From Octopus sinensis (taxonomy: Eukaryota), in the NCBI RefSeq assembly GCF_006345805.1, contig NC_043000.1, positions 62,558,001-62,622,000 on the forward strand: a DNA stretch of 64,000 bases, read 5' to 3'. Below the pieces are notes generated by a model, which was not told the origin of the DNA, did no database searches, and worked only from the letters and a program-made list of their open reading frames with translations. This document shows, piece after piece, positions 50,401 through 61,579 of the stretch; position 1 is the first letter of the stretch, and each line of letters starts with the position of its first letter. Made by a program: the position numbers and the translations under genes.

Positions 50401-53400
50401 AAGAAAGTACAGTTTAATAAAGTGATCACCAGCAACATTTTTGAAGAGAAATAAGAAATGCGTACTAATTTCGATGCTCATTGAACTTTTTACCAGCGTG
50501 TCTCTTTGAATGTATAATCTATCATTTTAATTGGAATAGATAATTGCACAGATTGGTGACCCAGCATTTTTAGAACATATGGCTAAATTTATCACTATGC
50601 TTCTAACATGCACCCAAATGGTGGCGAACAGTGACTGTTTGCACAACTTTATTTAACAGATTTCAGAGAAGTTAATGACAATGATATATATATAACAGAT
50701 ACAAATCAGGGTTGTTTGCATTAAATTACTCAAAAAAATTTGAAAATTTTATAATAGAGCGTGTCTACCAAAGCTTGTGTTTAACCACGGACAGCTATGT
50801 TAGCTCTAAGTAGTACAAAGAGAAATCAATAGCACCTGAAATTACAGATTTCACTTCAAATGAAACAAGACCATCTTTTATAAAACGGTCGTGCATTCGC
50901 AGAAAATGTAGTCATAAATGATCTTCTGACGTAAAATATTGCTTTTATGATGCAAGCACTGATTTTTTTGTATAGTTAACTAAGTTTTTGAAAATGGTCT
51001 CCCGAAGTTAAACCTGTACATAAAATCTTTATAATGTAAATATTCTCTTTGAAATTGCCAGCGAAAATATGTATACAATACACTTCTAAAATATGAATGC
51101 AATATGCAAATAACAAGTTCAAGAAAATAATAACTTTTGTATGGTTATAATCATGGTGATTTTTATTGGTTTGTTGTAAAGTTTATTGATTGTTGCTTGT
51201 TTGTTTTTTAATTCTTTTTCTTTTTTCGAAGCTGCCGATGTTTGTTTATGTCCCTCAAAATATTCTCAACAACACCGATCCATATCCTTTTCAACGAGTG
51301 TACATTTTATCTTTCAAATGCTTGGGTTTTTAGTTGTTTTATATATATATATATTATATATATATATATATATAAAATTTTTATAGTTGTTATATCTCCA
51401 TAGTAGTAAGCAAGTGAGCTAATGATGCTTTTGTTTATATAAATATAGACAGACAACAACCGACGGGTGTATTTAAAAACTTTATTGATTAGGAATCTTC
51501 CCAAATATAACAGTATTGATTTCAACACACGGTTTCGGATCAAAATTCTTTCAAAACAAATTCAAAATCGAATGATCACATATTGTAAAGTTATAGCATG
51601 ACAACTTCATATAAACTGGTTGTATCAACAAACTATAACAGTGAAACTTCCGCATCCTAAGCAATTTTAGTAAGCTATAGTCATGTAGTAACAAATGAGG
51701 AAATATGAAAGTTACTTAATATTACTCATAGTGGCAAAACTATACTACTGTGATCTAAACACTATATGACAGATAACACTCAATAATATTCATTGTTGGT
51801 TCCTTAATCCCGCTAACTTATATGTTACATGTGCTGTCAATTTATAATTAAACAGTATTAATATTCATAACATATTCATTGCAAATTTATAAATGTGAAA
51901 TTTGCTTTAGCATATTTTAATGAAAGAAAATTAGTAATCATTTGTAATTGTGTCATGAAATACGAAAATTGTAAAATTACAATTATTGTACCAAAGCAAA
52001 ATTACCTAACATTACTCACAGCAGCAAATATGCATTTCAATGATTACTCGTTATACGACGGGTAACGTTCTAGTACAAATATAATTTACAAGAAATGTAC
52101 AAGAAATCTAAAATATAATTTTCATGGAATGCTGTTCTTGAAAAAATTCTGTAAATAAGTTACTTAAAAGGATACCCAGTTGCATTCATATCATTGATTT
52201 AAAGCTTTGGCTCAACACCAAATATATTTCAAGAAAGGGCATACTCGGTTAGACACCAGCACAGCTATCCTTATATCGTTGGTGTTTTTGTTGTTGTAGC
52301 TGCTGGTATTGTTGCGATTACTGTCGTCGCCATTGTCGTTATTGTTGTTTATTCCAGATCGGCTATGATCCAACAGATCTAGTGTCAGAGTCGTTCCAGC
52401 CACGATCATCACATTTTTTTAGTAAAACATGGACTACATTGTCTAGTATATTTTACTTTACTTAAGACGATAACGTGTGATTTGAAGAGAATTTTTGTTG
52501 CTATTTTAACTGTTGATATTTTAACAGTTCTAATTTCTATACATCCTCCCATTCACCGTCTTCAAGTTGTATTTATTACAAAATCATTAAATTTGCTGCA
52601 TCAAAATATTTATTTCACTTTAAAAGAAATAATAGAAAACTGATATTACATAATTTCAGCATAACTGAAAATCATGGAAATCATTCGAGCCAACGTGGTC
52701 GTGGAGTGAACTGTCAGAAATGAGATCCAAATTTCCTTCAAGCTACAAACTACTGTCTTGAATATGAAAAAGACACATTTACTAATGTAAAGGTAAAATA
52801 AAAGCTTCTAAAAATATTGACCAGTCATTGCTGGAATGTCTTTGTGCATAGATCAGCTTAATTGAAAATGACTTCAGAATAAGTCACAACTAAAATTATT
52901 TGAGGATCTTACTGATTATCTAAGAATATCCTAAGATGATGATTTGGTTTTCTACATGAATTCTACTTAAATGTTTAAGAAGTTAATAATATACTTTTGA
53001 TTGCTAAGAATATTTGGGGGAGCAGTTAAATATTTTTGCCAATTTCTGTCTCATCTACAGCTACTATTGCACTTTTTTCTGTTTCTGTCTATACTACTAC
53101 TATATAATTTTTTTATGTATTCACTGAATTATGACAGGCTATAAAAATTAGAGGAAAGCAATGGCAATGTACCACAGTACCAAGGAAGTCACAAACTAGT
53201 CTTAAACAAATAAATGACATAGATAATGTAGCTGTGTATTTTTCTAAAGATATAGAATGGTCCCAGCTGGTATCCCATTCATCTATGATCTGCTCAATAA
53301 GGAAGGACTGACCCGTAATTAAGCAGCACCAATTACAACAACCTGTAAAACATTGTGGAGGTAGACAAGTTCCACAGAGCCTCCTGCACTCAGAGTTCAT

Positions 53401-54844
53401 TCGATGATTCTATTCATTCTTAAATAAGATCAGGAAAGGGCCAAATGACAAAATATAGTACATTGCAAAACTCTTCTTTATTTGGTTGTGGCTATGTAAT
53501 TTGAATTTTTTTATAATGACATGAACAAAGCAAGAAGCATATATTCCTTCTGTTAATTTCTTCTTATCACGAAAGGTCGACTAATTATGTACCTGTTACA
53601 CCGATGTGTCAATTCTTTTTAACGTATTTGCCAAAAGAAGGGAAGAGCAGCTTCTATGACCCCTTCCAGTTCTTAAAAGGCTAGTGAGAGGAAAGTAAAA
53701 ATATTCCTCAAACTTGGGACCTCTGTTGCAAATGCTTGCAACAGAGTGGATGCCACTAAATGCACTTGACTATTCTCAGAAATAAATGTGGGCTTTCATT
53801 ATAATTAAGCGCTTCCCTTATTATTGAGCGTTTCCCTTCGAACATTGTAAAGGAAGAATTTTTCAAGTATTTGACAAGAAAGTATTTAAAACGTCAGTTT
53901 ATTGGTAATACTTTGATTAATGCATAGTTGGTATAGCATACTGGTGGCAGATGAACAACTAACAAAGTATGTCTTTCTTTATTCCACCTCTCTCTCTCCC
54001 TCTCTCTCTCTCTCTTTATTTCTTTTGTGAAGAACAACATCCGGAAATCTCACTTATCTTCTCGCTCTGCTTTATTAAAACAATAAATAAATAGAATAAA
54101 GGAAAAGGTCTATTTAAAAGATAGCAAAAATGCTAATTTTGTAACGCAGAAAAATTAAAAAGAAGCCTTCTTATGGTCAATTAATGAGTACTGAAGTAAA
54201 TAAAGAGAAGAAAGCTAGCAATTAACTGTAGTTCAATATAACCAATAACCAAATAATATGCAAATAGCAAATTGAAAGCAAAACTGGAGAAAAAGAATTC
54301 TTTACAAAGAAATCCCATCGTCTTCAGCCATCAACAACTGTTTTTATAGTGAGACCGATTTTTTTTAAAATCGGAAAATATAATATAAAGAAATAGTGGG
54401 AAATCGTGGAAGATCAATGAAATACTGATATTATTGTTTCTTAGAAATGACCAATCGATAATAATGATATAAAAACCATTAGACATTTGAGAGGCAACGG
54501 TTCAAGAGAACAATTTACTAGAATCGTAGTTTTCTGAGAAATAAATTCAGAGGAAATTTTGAAAGTTTTAAAAATAGATACAACGACGATCTAATATATA
54601 TTATCCAATATCGTATATTTTTCTTTTTGTTGTCAACATTCACTTTCAAATAAAGTAGAATAATTGTTTCAAATACAATTTTAAATATTGAGTTCTTCTG
54701 CATATATGTACAAGCCTAAATTTTGTAGGAAGTCATGTGCAATCATATTAAACCATGGTAGAATATCAATGTCACTTTATCGATTTTTAAACAAGTAAAA
54801 GCCAAATTTTATAGCTGAGGTGTATCAATATACAGACATGACAA

Positions 54845-54980
54845 TTGTGTGATATGGTGCACAGTTCTGTTGACAGACAAAGGGTATTTCCAGCAGCCGC
54901 TCTCTTGATCCAGGGCAGCACAACCTCCTCCAGGCACTTGATGTAGGCCTCCGTGTTGAGTCTGAGGCCGTGTGGGAATT
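54845..54980 (-). mobile_element. Tc1/mariner (maT/DD37D-like) transposase fragment
   Basis: FPHGLRLNTEAYIKCLEEVVLPWIKR then PFVCQQNCAPYHT (WQQDSAPCH-like). Confidence 0.75.
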
Positions 54981-55394
54981 GTCTGTCGGCGAATTATCTG
55001 TCTACGAATTGTCAGCACACGCATTAAAATAAGTACCAGTTAAACAAAGGGATCGATGAAATCGACTAACCAAAATTAGAAAGTACTACTGTGATTTCAA
55101 TTTGTAGATGCAAAATTTCGGGAGCTAAAAAACGAAATGCACTTATCATGAGCATGTTACTGAATGTACAGCATAACCCAGTTTGCCAAATACATGGAGA
55201 CGGCTGTTTTTATTTGTTATTTGAAGTTATACAAGTGTTCGCTGGAAATACAGAAATCGAAAGACTTTATACGTAACGATGTCATCAATTATTGTTGTCA
55301 TGAAGACAGTATTCGAACTCCAATATACATCACTACGTGTGTATGTGTATCCGTTTGTGTTTGTTTCCGATTGATATTATACATGTCAAACTGC

Positions 55395-55597
55395 AGATAT
55401 CAGTTTCAAATGTTGGTACAAGGCCAGCAATTTCCGTGGTAGGGAAAGTCGATTATATCAACCCCATTGCTCAACTGATACTTATTTTATTGACTCCAAA
55501 ATAAGTCAAGCTCAACGGAATTTGAACTCAAGAGGTAAGACGGATGGAAAGCCTTTAAGCAAATTTCCCGGCGTGCTAACGATTCTACCAGCTCAGT
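55395..55597 (-). mobile_element. Nin-domain-like tRNA SINE (a further fragment at about 55017-55075 on +)
   Basis: TTTCAAATGTTGGTACAAGGCCAG tail, core and GCTAACGATTCTACCAGCTC head on -. Confidence 0.8.
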
Positions 55598-56214
55598 ATA
55601 TTAAACTGCGCAGATAGTGACCCAGCTTACTATCTGCAACATGCTTTGCTAAAATACGTAAAGATGCGCTTCTTAGGAAAAAAGTTAAAAAGTAACACCA
55701 AAATACTTCATAAAACCAGCTAGGCAAAACGATTAAGGAAGCTATATTAATTCAAAGATAACAATCATTCCTCAATAGACGCCTTATCTGAAGCTTTTAC
55801 TACAGATATATATCCTATATGACATATTACTCCTATTGCACAAGTACAAAGAACGATATTCAGTGAAATCGTATAAGATAAATGGATAATGTTCTTTCAA
55901 ATCGTGGAAATAAAAGAGGACAAATTCATGATATTCAGGTTGTGAGAACGATGAACACTATAAACAGACATCTTATACATTTTCTGTGTTGTAGAATAAA
56001 AAATACAAACCTGCAAATTCGAAAACATTTTCAAGAATAAGTTACAATCGTGATTTCAACACCACTTGCTTAAAAAAGGAAGCTGCATTCTCACACGTGC
56101 ATTTACACTGACACACACAGAAGCATAAAACGATAATTATGTGTGTGCGTGCGTGAGTGTGTATGTGTGTTATAAAAATTACATAATACACACACACACA
56201 CATACACACACACA

Positions 56215-56293
<79 letters not shown>

Positions 56294-56300
56294 GCACATA

Positions 56301-57414
56301 CGGGGGTGGACTGAAAAGTTCATAAGCTGATTATGAAGGAGTGATGCTAGAGCTGTGAAATCTTGCTTACATTAATTTCAAATCTTCTTAATAGCTGCAT
56401 TGTTTCTTTCTAATTGATATCTCTTAAAAGAAAACTGCAAAAGTAACTAGGAGCGACAATGGAAAAGTGGGCAGCTGAATTTAGAAGAGAGAGTCTTGAA
56501 GATGACCCAAGGTCTGGACGTTCAGCAATTGCAACTACCGTGGAAAAATATCAGTCGTGTTCATATGGTGATGGATGACTGAAAATAGACTATAAATCAA
56601 ATAGCCAATGCTATTAGCATATCCTGTGAGAGAGTTGAAAATATTTTGCACAATGAACTTGGCATGGCGAAGGTTTCTGCTCGATGAGTACGTCTTCTGA
56701 CACCTGATCAAAAAAGTACCAGGCTGATCACATCACGGGAACATCTGACATTGTTTAGGCAAATACAGCCGGTTTCTTTGAGCGTTTGCTTACTCAGGAT
56801 GTGTGTTGGGTTAATCACTTTGAGCCAGAGACAATCCATAGGATGGACACACCTCTCCTCACATGCTCCATAGAATGCTATGGTCGTCTCATCTTTAGAG
56901 AAGGTGATAGCCAAGATGCAAAAGGCGCTGTGCTTATTGACTATCTGCAAAGGGCCGCAGCATCAAAGGAGACTACTATGCCAACTTGCTGAGGCAGTTA
57001 CGAAAAGTCATCAAGATCAAATGTCTAGGAAAACTGATGAAAGGGGTCATGTTTCATCAGGACAACGGTCCAGCGCACAAGTCGTTTATTTCAATGGGTG
57101 TTTGTGTGACTGTGGCTCTGAACTGATTGATCACCCACTTTATTCTCCTAATTTTGCCCCATCAGACAATAATCTCTTCCTCAACATGAAAAAACACTTG
57201 GCCTAGAGCCAATACTACACTAATGATGATGTCATAGCTACTGTCAATGACTTTTTAACCAGCAGATGAAAGCCTCTTTATCAATGGGAACCAAGCACTA
57301 CAACACCGATGGAAGAAGTGTGTGGACTGCAAGAGTGAGTATGTTGAAAAATAAACCTTATTTGGTCATATTCCATGAGACTATCTTGGTCTGCCTATGA
57401 ACTTCTCAGCTGAC

Positions 57415-57417
<3 letters not shown>
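56301..57417 (+). mobile_element. Near full-length decayed mariner element in TA-rich sequence
   Basis: TIRs GGGGTGGACTGAAAAGTTCATAAGC and reverse-complement GGGTCAGCTGAGAAGTTCATAGGC, TA flanks; DDPRSGR, KVSAR, FHQDNGPAH, HPLYSPNFAPSD. Confidence 0.9.
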
Positions 57418-57506
<89 letters not shown>

Positions 57507-57546
57507 GAGTCAGAGAGACAGACAGACACATAGCTAGCTAGCTAGC

Positions 57547-57622
<76 letters not shown>

Positions 57623-57630
57623 CAGATAGA
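57418..57630. repeat. Compound (TA)n(GA)n...(GCTA)n(GATA)n microsatellite
   Basis: Direct reading. Confidence 0.95.
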
Positions 57631-58289
57631 TTATTTTAAACAAAGTTCAATTATCTAATAGTAAGCCTTCTCCTGCTATCGATCCATACTCATGAGATGT
57701 GACATCTCTGTGTCTCTTCTGCGGCTGCTAAAATGCTTTCCGGCACTTTCATTTTGCTAACAGTACACTTTGTAGTTCTTGAATTTTCCATCTTCATTTA
57801 TCTATCTTCTCTGATCTTCAACTAATTATGTGCATATCTCAAGTGTTCACACGGCATTTCCCTCCATCCAAGGACATGAAACAATTTATATTAATTATTA
57901 TTTGCATTAATCCCGCATACTTAAAACTATGCTTACAACTAAATGTTGTTGTGCTTCAAAGGATTTTCTTTGTCCTCTTGTTTTGTCTCTCACTTCTGTT
58001 CTGAAATAGAGGAAACTGGCCTTTATACTACATCACATTTTCCCTAGCTTGCCCAGAATGCCAACAATTACGAAAGCACTAACTTAATCAAGCTATTATG
58101 GAAACCTAATCCTTCATAAAAGCTCCTTAGGTTTCAATGATTAAAATGAATAAACACTCTAAACTCTGCAGCTTTTTCTTTACTATTTTACTAAAGGGCA
58201 AGGAAGTTGAACCTTGCTTTAAATAATAACAACAAAGGCAACAACAACAACAACAACAACAGCGACAACAACAATAATAATAATAGAAA

Positions 58290-58560
58290 ATTGTACCTGT
58301 TTGCATATATGGAGTGCCTGAGGATAGAAGAATCATCGACACAGAAGATGGGAGAGAAATCAAAAATCTAAGGTCAATGACAAAAAGAAAGCTTCTATTA
58401 TGTCAATAATTGTTGCAACCCTGGTTACCGTGAGCAAAAGATAATAAAAAGTGGTTGAAAAAAATGATATAAAAATTAAAATAGAATACATCTCAAACAG
58501 GATCGCTTGGCAGTGCAAGAAGTCTCCAGAAAGTCCTCGAGACTTGAAGAGAACATACCA
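58290..58560 (+). mobile_element. R4/Dong-clade REL/3' fragment
   Basis: VPEDRRI, SIIVATLVTVSKR, KIEYL, LGSARSLQKVLET*; preceded by (AAC/AAT)n. Confidence 0.6.
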
Positions 58561-58589
58561 CCTCAATTCACAGAAGAGAAACAGCTAGT

Positions 58590-58890
58590 ACGTTGATACC
58601 TCCAGCGACAAACTTAGTACGTCAGATATGATAATAAAGATAATAACAACAACTACAACAACGATGTTGATTTCTTCTAATATCCACAGGGACGTAGAGG
58701 AGGAGGACATCTCAATGACTGTAAAGAATTTGCAAGGGGAATCGCGTAAGAAAAATGAAGAGAAAACTGAAAAGAAAATATAGAAATGCAGTATAAGTAT
58801 ACACAGCATACAAAGTATGTGATAACATGAATTATGCAGCCCACCTGATACAGGAGAAACGCCAACAATGGCAAATTAAGGAACCCCAAC
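58590..58890 (+). mobile_element. Tx1-like ORF1 N-terminal remnant
   Basis: EEDISMTVKNLQGESRKK..KCSISI resembles KELKLARKIVKRDGRK..RCTVTY at about 41850. Confidence 0.4.
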
Positions 58891-58894
58891 AGAT

Positions 58895-60005
58895 CAAGGA
58901 GGCACCAGAGGCACGAGCCCTTGCCCAACTGTTTTCCTCCAATCTACAGGTGCATGCTTAGAGTAGCACCAACCATTTTTACCGGTCACCCATCTTTTCA
59001 CAAATTCACTGGAAGGTTGCGCTTCCCTTCCCACCCTCACTTTCCTCTCCAAGTGAAACTTTAAAACGTCGATGACAGCTTGACCAAAGAGGACGGAGTC
59101 TTTCTTCAATCCTTTCAGTCTAGGCCACCTCAAAGCCTCTTTCGCCATAGCCACTAGACTGAAGAATACTGCATGTCTGCCTTGTTAGAGATAGGTAGTG
59201 GGGTGACCCTCACGATGGATTCCACCAATAGTCGGATTTGTCCCACACGCGACAACTGTTGTTCGACATAACTCTACAAGTCAGCAATGCTCAGCCACTG
59301 CACGAGTGCGAATTGTATGGTTTCGCCACTCTGTGCACATAGCGCTTCCGTGCCTGAAGAGTTTATCTCAAAGCAGAAGTGCTCCGCGGTAGCACTGCTA
59401 GGCCAGGGACTTCTGAAAGTTACAGATTGTAGTACCGGACCCAAAAGTCCTCCGAAACAAACCAGGTAGTTTATCCTCGTCGACGCCGAGTTTTTCCTCG
59501 TGAATGTCATCGCTCTTACCCACCACTAGATTTCTATATATTGCTTACGTAGAATTTCCGCCGACCGCATTGCCCGACTGATAGAGGACATAAGCGCCTG
59601 ATGACATTCCAGAAGGCACCTAACGATGTTCCAGAAGACATTTGGTGACTGCAACTCCGTTAAAGAGATGGGCTGCAGAAAGGTGCATCTTACAAATGTA
59701 GACCACACCGGCTCACTGTCCAAGAAAATCTATGAGTGGCACAGCTGTAACGCGTGTCTGTACCTTAGCAACCATTGTGTGCCAAGCCCAACTTCTAGAT
59801 AATGCTGGCAACAGATGGACCAGTGGAGTGAGTCCTTTCCACAGGAATCGGAAAGTAAACTCTCCAATCTAAACAAATGTCGCCTGGAATAAGCCTTACC
59901 GGTCAGGCGGTGAATTATTAGGGAGGCGTTATATGCATTCTCCACCTCTGCTCGACCTTTCAGGGATAATTTCCTCACAGACTGTTTCTGAGTAGACTGA
60001 CCACC
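58895..60005 (-). mobile_element. Older Tx1-like LINE ORF2 C-terminal fragment
   Basis: KLSLKGRAEVENAY, QSGETIQFALVQ, FGQAVIDVLKFHLERKVRV. Confidence 0.8.
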
Positions 60006-60099
60006 CTAAGGGCAACAATTTTGTGGTTCGTAGTTTAGTCAATTCCTTCAATTCCAGGACTTGAATGGAATTCTGTTTTATTGACGATTCTGGTGTGAG

Positions 60100-60395
60100 A
60101 ATGTAAGTCAAAACTGACCTCGGAAGAATTTGACCTCATAATATAAGGAACCGGTACAAATGAGCAAAGCACTTTTTCCGACGTTTCAACAATTCTGCCA
60201 GCTTGAGGCCTTAATTAATTATCATAATATTTGTTTCAAATTGCCGTCACAAGGCCAGCAATTTTAGAGGAGAGGGATATTCAATGACTTCGACCCCCAT
60301 ATTTGACTGATACATTATCTTATCGATGCGAATAGATAAAAGGCCTCGGCAGAATTTGAACTCGATCCGTAAAAAGCCGGAAGAAATACCGCTGA
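60100..60395 (-). mobile_element. Two Nin-domain-like SINE fragments
   Basis: Family tail TTTGTTTCAAATT..CACAAGGCCAGCAATT, TTCGACCCC, CCTCGGCAGAATTTGAACTC. Confidence 0.7.
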
Positions 60396-60429
60396 TAATG
60401 ATAATATATATTGATAACGTAGTACTAGA

Positions 60430-60715
60430 AAGTAAGAAATATAACATTTAGTAGTAGTACATAAAGAGAACGGAAAGTGCCAGGTAATTGACTTTACCGT
60501 CTCCAATGATGAGAAAATCAATACGAGAGGTATAGTGAAAATAGCAAATTACAGGACCTAGCTATTGAAGTTTAGAGACTATGGAAAGTGCGGGTAAAAT
60601 GAATCTCATTTGTTATAGGTTCATTAGGAACTATCCCTAAAGATTTGAACAGATGGATAGAGGAAATAGGCATAAAACCCAGTTTAGTACAGCGTTGCTA
60701 GAGACAGTTAGGTTA
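60430..60715 (+). mobile_element. R4/Dong-clade REL endonuclease fragment followed by (AAT)n
   Basis: VVVHKENGKCQVIDFTV..DLAIEV.RLWK, VIGSLGTIPKDL; (AAT)n at 60768-60893. Confidence 0.75.
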
Positions 60716-60759
60716 CTTGTTACGAATTTTTCTTTTCAAACAATCTAATCTGTTGTATG

Positions 60760-60842
<83 letters not shown>

Positions 60843-60931
60843 GACGACAACAACAACAACAACAAAAATAACAATAATAATAATAATAATATTTTAAAAA
60901 AGGATTGACGTAACTCTTCACAAAGTTAAAC

Positions 60932-61029
60932 AGTCAAGACGAAGAGCGCGATTCGATAAGACAGAAGTACTGTTGAAATATCGTTCAACTAATAAAATAA
61001 TACAATCGAATCGCGCTCTTCCTCTTGAC

Positions 61030-61030
<1 letters not shown>
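60932..61030. repeat. 26-bp near-perfect inverted repeat with 47-bp spacer
   Basis: AGTCAAGACGAAGAGCGCGATTCGAT (60932-57) against the reverse complement of 61005-30, 25/26 identical. Confidence 0.9.
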
Positions 61031-61099
<69 letters not shown>

Positions 61100-61103
<4 letters not shown>

Positions 61104-61579
61104 GTCCTGATGTAGTACGAAGCAGTGGTTCTCATGGCTTTTGATTTTAACCCATTGGAAGTGTTATCATGTACATGTTTTGTCTTAGTATAAAAAATGG
61201 GCTACAGCAAATATTCTGCTCAATACCACACATTTGCTTGTCAGTTGCTTGACCTGAACAAGTTGAGCTTTCCCTTGGTGGCTGATGATATGTGCATTAC
61301 TGATTACGAGCAGACGGAGTGGAGGAGCACCAAAGAAATGTGTTGAAAGGTATTCTTTGGGGCTTGAATCATTCACCTCAGGAAACATGGGTGTTTTCTT
61401 CATCATCCTTAAACGAACTTAATTTTGGGACCTTTTGAGCGGGATGGGCCATTCGACCTGCAGAAAATTCTAACTGGGCCCCACCTGCTAAGTCATGCGC
61501 TGTTTATCTTGATATGAGATCACCATGTCACACACATATGGTTGTGATGTATGTGTCTGGTGTACCCTTATCACACGGG
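61100..61579. mobile_element. Element X, diverged copy truncated at the RTE LINE junction
   Basis: Colinear with 26085-26550; preceded by (AAT)n at 61031-61100. Confidence 0.8.
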
